DNA of 64,000 bases, from positions 1 through 64,000 of the IMG/VR virus record IMGVR_UViG_3300030328_002692. The stretch is one strand, 5' to 3'. This document shows positions 54,580-64,000 of this stretch, piece after piece. Both the position numbers and the translations under genes were made by a program. The notes beneath the pieces are model-generated. The model was not told where the DNA came from. It saw nothing but the letters and a program-made list of their open reading frames with translations, and ran no database searches. The first letter of the stretch is position 1; each line of letters begins with the position of its first letter. Origin of the DNA: a virus.

Positions 54580-54914
54580 TATCTTGTTACTTGTGGTGTA
54601 AGTGTTACCTTACCCTGCAGTATTCTTGTTACTGCACCTGAAGATGCGGTGATTTCCACATCATATACATATATGCCTTCTTCTATTGCTCCTGTAGCCG
54701 ATGCCGTCATAGACAAAGTTATCTGCCCTGCACTCGCATTGGTTATGGACGCAGTAATTGTGCCCACCACGCTATTCGAATCGTGGCTTGATCGAAACTG
54801 CGAAGCAGCCGAGTACCCAGTTAAGTTCATAACTGAATCGTTTTCCTTAAGGGTAAGCAACCTTGTAAAAGTCGCTCCTTGCTCTATCGTGAAATTATAG
54901 GTTCCTGCTGCCAT
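54579..54914 (-). CDS. Collar/fibre-anchoring protein (T5 p132/LtfC-like)
   Basis: IEQGATF...YVYDVEI...RILQGKV. Confidence 0.7.
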   Translation of the reverse strand: MAAGTYNFTIEQGATFTRLLTLKENDSVMNLTGYSAASQFRSSHDSNSVVGTITASITNASAGQITLSMTASATGAIEEGIYVYDVEITASSGAVTRILQGKVTLTPQVTR

Positions 54915-54938
54915 TTTATTATTTTCTCCATGTTTATA

Positions 54939-54967
54939 ATTATACCAAAATTTAAGGTATGTGTCAA
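54939..54967 (-). promoter_or_regulatory. Internal promoter for the collar/fibre operon
   Basis: TTGACA-17-TATAAT on the minus strand. Confidence 0.85.
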
Positions 54968-55000
54968 GAAATATTTTCTAGATGGGGTATGCTAGAAGTA

Positions 55001-55186
55001 TTATTTTGGGTATTTATCCTTTACTGCCTTTCTACCTAAATAAAAAGTACCTGTTTTAGCGTCTGCTCCGAATTTGCCCCCATCAATATCGTGATAAAGT
55101 TTGTCTAACTGTGTAGCTAGAGTTTCATAATAAGCTGCTCGCTTAGTAGTATTATTTGCACTTGGTTTTAATAAATTTATATTCAT
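55001..55186 (-). CDS. Small tail assembly-type protein
   Basis: R..Y..L..QLDKLYHD...KAVKDKYPK. Confidence 0.7.
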   Translation of the reverse strand: MNINLLKPSANNTTKRAAYYETLATQLDKLYHDIDGGKFGADAKTGTFYLGRKAVKDKYPK

Positions 55187-55605
55187 GTGTATCTCGATAC
55201 TTGTATCTTTTGTGTAAAGTCATAGTATTTATCTTTTACAAATTTTATTATAAAAGAGCCTGCCATACTTCCTGTTAATGTTAAAGCCCCGTTAGAGTAT
55301 GTTCCTGCGGAGACATCGTCTAAGAATATCTCCGTTCCTGCGGGACAACCTGTTATTGTTACTGTGCCATCTATGGCTATTGTTGTTGCTGAAAAATTCA
55401 AACTAAAACTATGATAGGCTACTAGGCCGTTTTCTGCATCGTTTACATACCACTGGTCGCATGGTGGTATTTGCTCTAAGCTTTGGGTCATATGTGAAAT
55501 ACCCGCTGCTGCCTGTGTACTTATTATAGTTGAGTCTACAGGTGCATCTGTAGCCCACTTAATGTTTTTGTTTGAATCATAAAAAATATTATATGTAGTG
55601 CTCAT
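55183..55605 (-). CDS. Tail-associated protein
   Basis: ATGA coupling within the tail operon. Confidence 0.65.
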   Translation of the reverse strand: MSTTYNIFYDSNKNIKWATDAPVDSTIISTQAAAGISHMTQSLEQIPPCDQWYVNDAENGLVAYHSFSLNFSATTIAIDGTVTITGCPAGTEIFLDDVSAGTYSNGALTLTGSMAGSFIIKFVKDKYYDFTQKIQVSRYT

Positions 55606-56183
55606 AAGCCTAATCCTCCTGTAAAATCCTTTGCTTTAAAAATAACATAAGCATAATATATTGTTTGTTTGTTTGTTCCAAATTCTTCAGCAGGTGCTAC
55701 TCCTGCATCATCATCTCCTACTTCTATACTATGACCAAATTCATGATTATAAATAATTAAATTACTAGTATTAGCAGTTGTTGATACTCCACCAAGATCA
55801 CTCTCTTCCCAGTCACTTTGTTCCTCATCATCAGCAAAATAATAATTCCCCTCTTTGTAGCTATAATCTGAAGGAGTGTACATTCTTGTAGCTACTCCAC
55901 TTGATAAATCACTTGCATAACACCATCTTACTGCGTATAGTGGAACATATCCTAGTCCATGAGAGATTGTTACTGATGTAGGATTATCAACACCACCCGA
56001 ATTATTAGAAGCATATGGTGCTAAAGAACCTTCTCCTTTTGCATGTAGTACCATTCCTCTTACTGACCTTGAATCAAAAGCAAGAGGTGTTGTAAGTGAT
56101 GTATTTGTAACATCTGTATCTTTTTGAGATACAAATAGTCCATAAGTACCGCCTCTGTTTCCTAATAATACTCTGTTTGCCAT
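55602..56183 (-). CDS. Tail-tip protein, MANR paralog 3
   Basis: MANRVLLG...GLFVSQ..TDVT...LAFDS. Confidence 0.7.
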   Translation of the reverse strand: MANRVLLGNRGGTYGLFVSQKDTDVTNTSLTTPLAFDSRSVRGMVLHAKGEGSLAPYASNNSGGVDNPTSVTISHGLGYVPLYAVRWCYASDLSSGVATRMYTPSDYSYKEGNYYFADDEEQSDWEESDLGGVSTTANTSNLIIYNHEFGHSIEVGDDDAGVAPAEEFGTNKQTIYYAYVIFKAKDFTGGLGL

Positions 56184-56185
56184 GA

Positions 56186-56653
56186 TTAGTACAAAGCCGC
56201 GCTAGAAAACCCACCCATTACTGTGAGTGTGAATGTTGCCGCAGTATTTCCTCCATTACTTATAGTTCCTGAACTTGCTCCTGTTAAACCACCATTTATA
56301 AACCTACTAACAGTAGTTGTACTACCACCATCTGATAAGTTAGCATAGCTAGTAGAGGGGTTTGTAAAGAAAAAATTATTGGCACCTAAATTTGCAAAAT
56401 TGATTGTAGAACTAGAACTTGCATTGACAGTAAACGAAGCTGTTGCAGCTGTGCCTGAAAATGGGACTATTTTATATTGCCCTATATCAATGGCTCCTGA
56501 AACGGAGCCTACATTATCTGTATTAAAAATTAATTGGTCTTTCGTACAATTAGTAATATCATCGCCTGTTCTAGATATGTATAAACCGTATTTTCCTCCA
56601 GAGTGTCCTAAATTTGAATTTGTGCTTTTTCCTACTATGATTCTATTTGCCAT
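56186..56653 (-). CDS. Tail-tip protein, MANR paralog 2
   Basis: MANRIIVG...GLYISR.GDDIT...LIFNT. Confidence 0.7.
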   Translation of the reverse strand: MANRIIVGKSTNSNLGHSGGKYGLYISRTGDDITNCTKDQLIFNTDNVGSVSGAIDIGQYKIVPFSGTAATASFTVNASSSSTINFANLGANNFFFTNPSTSYANLSDGGSTTTVSRFINGGLTGASSGTISNGGNTAATFTLTVMGGFSSAALY

Positions 56654-56654
56654 A

Positions 56655-57116
56655 TTAACTCCAGAGACTCGCGTCAGTCATTTTTCCATATTGTAGAGGT
56701 ATTTTTATAACTTGAAATCTAAAATTTGTTGCTGTTCTACTATTACCTGCCATACCATTGGCGTGTGCAGACTGCCTAAATTTTATAGGATTGACATTAG
56801 TAGTAGTTGCTTCATGCATTCCTGCCCTGTCTTGATATTCCTCTATCATATTAGCAGCATTATAAGTTTCAATTGTTCCTTGTTTATCGTCCATTGAAAT
56901 TATTAAAGGAATATACCCTAATGTTCCTTTTGTTGCTGACCAATTGACTCCTGTAGTGTTACCCGATATATTCCCTCCAGCATAAACCATTCCACTTCTT
57001 GCTGAAGTAGAATCAAAAATTAAAGGCTCACTTGGACTAAGTACATTATCTCCTGGTTGAGATACTTTCAATACATAAGTACTTCCATCATTTCCTAGTA
57101 ATATTCTATTTGCCAT
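56655..57116 (-). CDS. Tail-tip protein, MANR paralog 1
   Basis: MANRILLG...LKVSQPGDNV...LIFDS. Confidence 0.7.
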   Translation of the reverse strand: MANRILLGNDGSTYVLKVSQPGDNVLSPSEPLIFDSTSARSGMVYAGGNISGNTTGVNWSATKGTLGYIPLIISMDDKQGTIETYNAANMIEEYQDRAGMHEATTTNVNPIKFRQSAHANGMAGNSRTATNFRFQVIKIPLQYGKMTDASLWS

Positions 57117-57118
57117 AA

Positions 57119-60100
57119 TTAATCCGTTATTAAAATTCTGTTATTTCCACCGTCCAATACGATGTTTCCTCCACCAACTGTTATAGTTGATGCTGCGTTT
57201 ATTCTGTCTCCATTTACTGAGCCTGTTACTACCATATCTCCATGAACCATTCCGACTACAGCTGACCACGAACTTCCATTATATTTGAAAGCATTAGTAT
57301 CTGAAGAAGAACTATTTGTAGTTACTGTAACCACATCATTTGCTATTGGGGCTCTTCCAACTGCATTAGTAAATTCAGTATTTGTAGGAGCGTCTGTGTT
57401 TCCTAGTACTAATACAAAGTGAGCTGCCATAACAGCATTTGAGCCTGCAGGTCCTGGACCTCCTGTCGGTCCTGGGCCTCCTGTTGGTCCTGGACCACCT
57501 GGAGGTCCTGGATTACCATTAGTACCATTAGTTCCATTAGTCCCATTAGTTCCATCAGTACCATCAGTACCATCAGTTCCATCAGTACCTGGACTACCTG
57601 GGCTACCTGCTGGTCCTGCTAATGAGAAGTTACCTGCTAAAGATAGAGCTCCTGAACTTGCAGTATATTTTAAATGGTTTGTAGAATCTCCTAAATAGAA
57701 GTTACCACTTGTATCTAAGTAGAATCCATTATCGTTGTCTGTAAATGAAGTCTTATTTGGAGTATAGAAAGCACCACCATTTGCTAATACCATATTACTT
57801 CCTACATTTAAATTATTTGTTAGAGTAGTATTTGCTGTAAGTTTACCTGCACTTAATGTGCCGTCTACAATTACACTTCCATCAAAAGTTTCTGTAACTA
57901 ATGAACTGAAATCAGCTGCATCTGCTTCAGATGCTGTAGCAGTTGCTGTAGCTGTATACACTCTTGTGCCTGCTTTATTTGCACTATTGTCTGTTATTGT
58001 TATTCTGTCGTTTGGTTGTATTTTACTGTCTGAAGCTGCTGCTATTACTAAGGCTGCTATTGCATTAGCATTAGCATCATCTAATGACCCTACCCAGTTT
58101 GTTACGTTTGATGCACTCAACCCACTAGTGCTTGATTCTTCAAAATTAAACACACTTCCACCACGAGAACCTGCTGCTCCTGCACTACCAGGGCTACCTG
58201 CACTACCGTCTGCTCCTTCTGCTACTTTTGTAATAGTTGAGGAACTAGTATAAGTGTTGGCTGCTCCAGCATTTCTTTCTGCAGTAGTACTTGTTACAGT
58301 TGCAGTAACTACAACTGAAGCATTACTATTGCCCATGTTTGCTTTTGATAATACTCTAGTATCTCCACTTCCTGTTAATGTTACGGAAGGACTGGTTGTA
58401 AATACTGGACTTGCTGATAAATTATGTCTGTTTGCTGTAAATGTTATATCGTTTGGACTTTGTAAAACACCACTTGAATTAGCTAAAAATGCTCCTGCAT
58501 CTGATTGTAATACTACATCATATAGAGTACTTGGTATAACTGTTGTTGCATTTGCAGGCCCGTGAAATGATGAGTATAGTACTTTTGATTTATTTTGTCC
58601 ACCCGAAGTTAGTACTACTCTTTTACCATGTCTAATCCAATAATACCTCTGTGCATTATCTGCTCCTAGAGCGTGGGCAAATACCTTAGTTGCTCCATCT
58701 GTTTTATGAAGTAATGTTCTATTATTTACATTAGTATCTGGACTTATATGTATTTCTGTAAACATATTATCAGTAAATGCAGTTGCGTTTGTCCAAGCTA
58801 AATCTATTGTTCCAATGTTTGTAGCTGTTGCAGTTAAACCATTAGGGGCTCCTGGTGATGCTGTTATACCACTTCTTTGGTCATTTCCAGATACACTTGG
58901 TAATGCTGGTTTTGATATAGTGTAAAAACTATCATCATATTCTTCAGCTGTTATTGAGGCTGTACAGTTTTGATTAAAGTTAATATTAGTTACTCTGAAA
59001 TATTTTTGGTCAAAGCCAAACTTATCATGGCTTACAGTAATTGTATCGCCTACAGTAAGTAGTAAAGCTTTGGGCCCAAGCTTAAAGCTTATTACCATAT
59101 TAAATCTAGACTTTCTTAAAAAGTTTTCTACATTTATACGAGCATTATAGTAACTTGAAATAGAAGCTACATTTACCGTACCTGATTTAATAACGTTCTT
59201 ATCTGCTCTCAAATAATTAGAATCATAGAATGAAACAGCAGTTCCTTTAAATTGGTTTCCTGGGTCTAGTATGGAAGATTTTACAGTATTATATGATTTA
59301 GAAGGGCCTTTATCATCAACTTTTACAGTTCCTATAATGTCTTCTTCTCTTATTACTCTTGGGTTGTGTTCTACTCCTATAGTATATCCAGTATAACTTC
59401 CTATGTTTGACGAAGTCACTTTTGTGCTTGTAATTACATCAGAAGTAGTTTCTATTTTGAGAATATATTTACCACCTTCATATGATAATATACCGTTGAA
59501 CTGTTTTAAGAAACCATTTATATTTTCAAATACAGATTTAGAAGTATCTACAACACCTGAAGTCTGGTGTCTTGTAACCTCTCTTTGATGGGGAGAGTTC
59601 CACCCTAAATATCTCCAATATTTTACAAAGTCTGCATCAAATATACTATATCCAGTATCAAAAGTTTTATTATCAGCATTATATTCAGACACATAATTTC
59701 TATACTCACCACTAGAAGACCTAGATAGACTTATAGTTGTACTTGAAATAGTGCCATTAGTATTTAACTTATATAAAGGTATTGAAGTAAGTGGACCTGT
59801 AAATCCTGTAGGGTTAGTTCCAGTTGGTTTTGTTGTTTTTGTACCTGCTGATGTTACTCTATAATATCCTGCATCAGTATAAATTATATCTCCTACAGTA
59901 TAAGAGTGATGATTCTTCATAAACATTTTTGAGAATTTTCCAAAACATTCTTCAAATACTGTATAGTCTGTCCCAGCTGAATCTGTGAAGTCACCTTTAG
60001 ATTTTACTTTACCCATAGATACCACAGTTCCTGAACTTGTACCATCTGAGGTTAATACATACCTATCTCCAACTGTAGCTGTTTTAGAGCCTGTAACCGT

Positions 60101-62899
60101 TTGAGTTCCTCTAGTATCACAAGTTCTTGCTGCTAATAACCAGTCTGATAATGAGATGTCTTTTTCTAAATCTAAACCTTTCCCGTATATATTGGAAATA
60201 GAATAGTCTAATAACTGTATAGCTGGGTTAATACTTATTCTTTTATCGCTTGTTGTTAGTTTAGTTAATAATTCATAAGTATAAACAGCATTATCAGAAT
60301 CAATAACATCATCTGGGTCTGGTTCTAAACCAGCGTCCCACATCTGAGATACTGTTGCTACTCTTTCACTTCCATCATAATCTGTTATTTCTCTTATTTG
60401 TTCTTGTCTTTGTTTTACGCCATCTATAGTAGTGGTTTTTATTAGTTTAATATCATATCCATTATAAGCATCGTCTGTTGAACTAGCACTACTAGCTAAT
60501 TTTATTTTATCGTTTGAAACTAATGTTTGTGAGCCTGAAGTAGCACCTGTAGAGTTTCCACCTGTATGAGTTAATGTTGTTCCTGAAGTATCAAAAACAA
60601 AACTTTTTCTAAAATAAGGCAAAGAATTGCTTGCCCAAGTAAAGTTCATTAATCCTGCTATACCATCAAAACCAGTTGCAAACCAGTTAGGGTTACTTCC
60701 TGTAGCAGCTGTTAAAGGAGCATTGGTAGGAGTACTTACTGTAACATCTACTGATAAAGTTGCTGGAACTGTTCCTGTATGTAGCTTATGATTATAAGTT
60801 ACCATATTCCAGGTATTAGAGCCATCTGTCATATAGAAAGCAGTAATTGCTGGAATTCCGTCAGTGTAATTTAATTCTGGTGGAGCGCTGAATCTGAATC
60901 TTTGTCTTATATTTGCATCTGAATCCACAAATGTCCATTTATCTATAATGGTAACAGCACTATTTATTGTTGCATTAGTATCTGTTCTTTTTAAATCTAC
61001 TACATCTCCTACTTTGAAGTTTGCTGCGTCTTCTCCACCTGCTCCTGTGTGGTCATAACTATAGTCATAGTTATAACAATCTAGTTCTTTACCTCTAACA
61101 ACGTACTCTATTTCAGGTACTGTTGTAGAATCTTCAGCAATCTCGCAATCTAATACTATATATGCTGTATCTAATAATCTGTGATTTGGACTCCAATATT
61201 CTTCATCTCCTGTAAAATAGTCGTTTTGTCTTTTAAATCCAGGACTTTGAGCAATTGAAACCAAAGTATCGTCTGCTTTTTGGAAAGGGCCTCCAGTATG
61301 GAGAGTTAACTGCATATTGTTAGGGTTACTAACTCTTATAGTTTCTCCATCAAGAACACCACCACCATTAGCATCAGTAGCTGTTAAACTTGGTAGATTA
61401 TTATTTGTATTGTAATAATGATTGTAATATGCGTCTATATATTCTTCTTCATAATCATATCCAGAGTCTCCATATCCAGCAAAACTTCTTTTTGGTGTAT
61501 AGTTACTTGCATTAGACCCACTTACTCCTGACCCTGATTTTCTGACTCCTCCTAGAGTATTTCCTAAATCTTGTCTGCCTCTACAAAATACTTCTATCCC
61601 ATCAACAGGAGTTGTTATTGAGTCATCTCTATCGTCTGAATCTTCTTTATTTATACAAACTAAAGGACTGCCATCAATGTATAAATCATATATTCCACCA
61701 ATTTTTCCTTCTGAAAGTGCATATGCTATGTATATGTTATTAGGGTCATTTGATTTTGTATCAACAAAAACAGGTAATCCAGCAACCCGGTCGATTCCAT
61801 AAACTACCGGAATTGTTCTTGAAGCTAGTGAGAAATTTAAATTTACATCTCGTTCTACTTCGACATCTTCCATGTAAGTAGATACTTTAACTTTACCGTA
61901 CCACTTTTTCTTTGTTTTTACGCGCATTTCCTGCTCTATAGCAGTATATGTTGCTAAAATATTTGTGGTTTGTTCTGCGTGCAGAAATCCTAAATCATTT
62001 GCATACTCAGGACGAATAGCAGCCTCTGGCTGTCCCCTATTATTAGCGTCTGCAGCCCTGTGAATTTTATCACTGGTCATTCTTCCTTTTATTTGGGCAA
62101 AATCTCCCCAATGACTTGTAAGGTTCCATTTTACTCTAAGACCTTGTGTAGGATTATCACTTATGCTAGTGGCATTTATAATCCCTTTAAATATGAGTAA
62201 AGGAGCTCCTGTGATTACCCCTGTTTCTGGATTTAAAAATGCTTTATATACAAATACTTCTCTATTGTGATATGATTTTAATGAACCATCATTTATCTCC
62301 CCGATCGGACCTTTTAGTTCGTCTGAGGCTACACTTATGGTTATGCTTGTACCACTTGACTGATTTCCAACAGCATGGTCTATAGCAGCTAAGGTTAATG
62401 CTGTATTATTTGTTTTTATTCCTGTTATTTTGTAATATTTTCCACTATTAGTACCACCTGAAATTAATATTTTATCTCCTTCCCTGAATCCTTTTTGAAC
62501 AAAATCTATACCAGAGGTAGTAGGTACACTAAGCACTGAGGAGCTTATAGTTACTTCTGAACTAGTAACACTTAGATTTAGGGATTCTGCAGCGAACTCT
62601 AGACTCATTCCAGAGGCTCTTGCCTCTATAGTCTCTTGATAAGTTCCTACTTTTAATATTTTGTCTGCTATATAAGTTTGTGAGCCATTTGAATTTCCAT
62701 CAGTATCTAAACTTCCATCATCAAAAGCTATATTATGTCCTGCATCAGTATAGTATGCATATCTTACTGCATCAGTACTGAATTTACCATTGAGCATGGC
62801 TTTACTAGGTCTTTCGAATTTAATTAAATGACAATAAGAAAACGGCTCATTATTTATGAGTACTTTTCTTAAATTTGCGTTTAAACTTCTTTCTGCCAT
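57119..62899 (-). CDS. pb3: Baseplate hub/central fibre (pb3-like) with FN3 and collagen-like segments
   Basis: Follows Dit; IPVVYG, NPAIQLLDY motifs; FN3-like APNGLTAT...W; G-X-Y repeats. Confidence 0.75.
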   Translation of the reverse strand: MAERSLNANLRKVLINNEPFSYCHLIKFERPSKAMLNGKFSTDAVRYAYYTDAGHNIAFDDGSLDTDGNSNGSQTYIADKILKVGTYQETIEARASGMSLEFAAESLNLSVTSSEVTISSSVLSVPTTSGIDFVQKGFREGDKILISGGTNSGKYYKITGIKTNNTALTLAAIDHAVGNQSSGTSITISVASDELKGPIGEINDGSLKSYHNREVFVYKAFLNPETGVITGAPLLIFKGIINATSISDNPTQGLRVKWNLTSHWGDFAQIKGRMTSDKIHRAADANNRGQPEAAIRPEYANDLGFLHAEQTTNILATYTAIEQEMRVKTKKKWYGKVKVSTYMEDVEVERDVNLNFSLASRTIPVVYGIDRVAGLPVFVDTKSNDPNNIYIAYALSEGKIGGIYDLYIDGSPLVCINKEDSDDRDDSITTPVDGIEVFCRGRQDLGNTLGGVRKSGSGVSGSNASNYTPKRSFAGYGDSGYDYEEEYIDAYYNHYYNTNNNLPSLTATDANGGGVLDGETIRVSNPNNMQLTLHTGGPFQKADDTLVSIAQSPGFKRQNDYFTGDEEYWSPNHRLLDTAYIVLDCEIAEDSTTVPEIEYVVRGKELDCYNYDYSYDHTGAGGEDAANFKVGDVVDLKRTDTNATINSAVTIIDKWTFVDSDANIRQRFRFSAPPELNYTDGIPAITAFYMTDGSNTWNMVTYNHKLHTGTVPATLSVDVTVSTPTNAPLTAATGSNPNWFATGFDGIAGLMNFTWASNSLPYFRKSFVFDTSGTTLTHTGGNSTGATSGSQTLVSNDKIKLASSASSTDDAYNGYDIKLIKTTTIDGVKQRQEQIREITDYDGSERVATVSQMWDAGLEPDPDDVIDSDNAVYTYELLTKLTTSDKRISINPAIQLLDYSISNIYGKGLDLEKDISLSDWLLAARTCDTRGTQTVTGSKTATVGDRYVLTSDGTSSGTVVSMGKVKSKGDFTDSAGTDYTVFEECFGKFSKMFMKNHHSYTVGDIIYTDAGYYRVTSAGTKTTKPTGTNPTGFTGPLTSIPLYKLNTNGTISSTTISLSRSSSGEYRNYVSEYNADNKTFDTGYSIFDADFVKYWRYLGWNSPHQREVTRHQTSGVVDTSKSVFENINGFLKQFNGILSYEGGKYILKIETTSDVITSTKVTSSNIGSYTGYTIGVEHNPRVIREEDIIGTVKVDDKGPSKSYNTVKSSILDPGNQFKGTAVSFYDSNYLRADKNVIKSGTVNVASISSYYNARINVENFLRKSRFNMVISFKLGPKALLLTVGDTITVSHDKFGFDQKYFRVTNINFNQNCTASITAEEYDDSFYTISKPALPSVSGNDQRSGITASPGAPNGLTATATNIGTIDLAWTNATAFTDNMFTEIHISPDTNVNNRTLLHKTDGATKVFAHALGADNAQRYYWIRHGKRVVLTSGGQNKSKVLYSSFHGPANATTVIPSTLYDVVLQSDAGAFLANSSGVLQSPNDITFTANRHNLSASPVFTTSPSVTLTGSGDTRVLSKANMGNSNASVVVTATVTSTTAERNAGAANTYTSSSTITKVAEGADGSAGSPGSAGAAGSRGGSVFNFEESSTSGLSASNVTNWVGSLDDANANAIAALVIAAASDSKIQPNDRITITDNSANKAGTRVYTATATATASEADAADFSSLVTETFDGSVIVDGTLSAGKLTANTTLTNNLNVGSNMVLANGGAFYTPNKTSFTDNDNGFYLDTSGNFYLGDSTNHLKYTASSGALSLAGNFSLAGPAGSPGSPGTDGTDGTDGTDGTNGTNGTNGTNGNPGPPGGPGPTGGPGPTGGPGPAGSNAVMAAHFVLVLGNTDAPTNTEFTNAVGRAPIANDVVTVTTNSSSSDTNAFKYNGSSWSAVVGMVHGDMVVTGSVNGDRINAASTITVGGGNIVLDGGNNRILITD
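57445..57616 (-). repeat. Tandem repeats encoding collagen-like GTD/GTN/GPT units
   Basis: 9-nt periodic ccatcagta/ccattagtn units. Confidence 0.85.
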
Positions 62900-63642
62900 T
62901 ATGCCTGTGCTTCTTCTAGATTGAGTGAGAATTGGTACAAGTTATTAGTACCAAGACTATACTGTTGAACATCTGCTTTCAGTATGACTCTAATTAAAGG
63001 TTGGTAATAATCAATTGTTGCACCTGAAGAGACAGACCTTTGAAGGTTTGGTGTAAAATACACTATTCTTTGTGATGTGCTTGGTTGACTGTGTAATCCT
63101 GAGTGATAAGTTGCATTATTCATAACTCTAGTTACTCTGTAGCTTTTAGTATGCAAACTATCATTACTATCCGTTATTGTGAACATATCGCCTACTTGAG
63201 GCTCAGTTGTTTGTGTTGAGGAATGTGTTGCTTGAACCATAAACTCTCCGCCTTGGTTATAAGCAGCAGCTGAAGTAGGGCTAGTACTTTGTGTGTATGT
63301 TGTAAAAGCTGAATTTCTTGAATTAAATTGATTTGGTAATTGTATATAAAATGGATTTAACTTCCCTTGTTGTATTAAAAAAGAATAAACTGGTTCGAAT
63401 TGGTCTCGTGTCATTGGGTTGTATTTTATACTAATATCCCATGAATGAGCTCCAGTACTCCTGGTAATAACTCTTCCACTATTTGTTCGTGATATTTGGG
63501 TAGGGCTCTTTGATGAGAAGTCCATTGAAGCATATCCAGGACCTGCTGTTCCTCCATTTCCTGTAGTTAAAGACTGGCCTCCATCTCCTATTGCATTATT
63601 TGGGTCTGGAAGTATATTTGTAAATGCTGTAAATGTTGCCAT
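62899..63642 (-). CDS. pb9: Distal tail protein (Dit)
   Basis: LPDP, GPGYAS, WDISIKYNPMT; lies between tape measure and hub. Confidence 0.8.
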   Translation of the reverse strand: MATFTAFTNILPDPNNAIGDGGQSLTTGNGGTAGPGYASMDFSSKSPTQISRTNSGRVITRSTGAHSWDISIKYNPMTRDQFEPVYSFLIQQGKLNPFYIQLPNQFNSRNSAFTTYTQSTSPTSAAAYNQGGEFMVQATHSSTQTTEPQVGDMFTITDSNDSLHTKSYRVTRVMNNATYHSGLHSQPSTSQRIVYFTPNLQRSVSSGATIDYYQPLIRVILKADVQQYSLGTNNLYQFSLNLEEAQA

Positions 63643-64000
63643 TATCCTCCGTATGCTCCTGTATTAACTTCTTCCATGAATTCTTCTCCATGTTCATTTG
63701 CTGCTTCTCTAATCATGCCTATGATGTTTCCTCTTTGCTCTAGTAGTAAATCTTCTACGCCTGCAGCGTCTACAGCATTGATTGAGAAGTTAACATTAGT
63801 TGTTCCACCTAATTTATCATTAGGTACAACTTCATATCCTGCTGTTGTAGGTTTCACTATTTCTGGACCTCTTTCTCCTACTAATATTTCTCCGCCTGCT
63901 GCATATCCTCTCTTCATTCCAGCTGCTCCGCCAGGTGTAAAGTTGTTTGCATTACTACCGAATCCTTTTTGTCCTCTAAGGAAGGCTAATTCTCCTGCAG
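63642..64000 (-). CDS. pb2: Tape measure protein, C-terminal end (partial)
   Basis: Frame open to the window edge: GELAFLRGQKG...VGERGPE...INAVDA. Confidence 0.8.
   Translation of the reverse strand, partial: AGELAFLRGQKGFGSNANNFTPGGAAGMKRGYAAGGEILVGERGPEIVKPTTAGYEVVPNDKLGGTTNVNFSINAVDAAGVEDLLLEQRGNIIGMIREAANEHGEEFMEEVNTGAYGG

Noticed and set aside
1-64000. Alternative genetic code
   Set aside because: Standard code yields full-length conserved genes ending in TAA, TAG and TGA

Overview
AT-rich fragment of a lytic, T5-like siphophage genome (Demerecviridae-like gene order), probably aquatic/marine given its accessory genes. 1-6.9 kb: pre-early-type region with DnaA-box arrays, palindromes, strong sigma70 promoters on both strands, two A2-like DNA-binding paralogs and many small ORFs. 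It also holds an ~890-nt ORF-free, promoter- and terminator-bounded RNA with many long-range helices (ROOL-like candidate). 7-14 kb: host-takeover, auxiliary and lysis genes (bS21, PPK2, HAD phosphatase, Hsp20 with a structured leader, GH24 endolysin, glutaredoxin, 2OG-Fe(II) oxygenase, pyrimidine-dimer glycosylase, MazG). 13.7-37.7 kb (+): T5-type replication module (D2, D3, PC4, split NAD ligase, D5, D6, primase, PolA, D10-D15, NrdAB). A tRNA-Ala overlaps both the pol stop codon and the next start codon. 37.7-64 kb (-): tail module with five to six fibre genes, a collar protein, three paralogous tip proteins, a 1926-aa pb3-like hub, Dit and the end of the tape measure gene. The best candidates for new biology are RNA and translation features: the large ncRNA, the overlapping tRNA, and leaderless transcripts co-occurring with a phage bS21. 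All family assignments come from motif recognition by eye, not from database searches.
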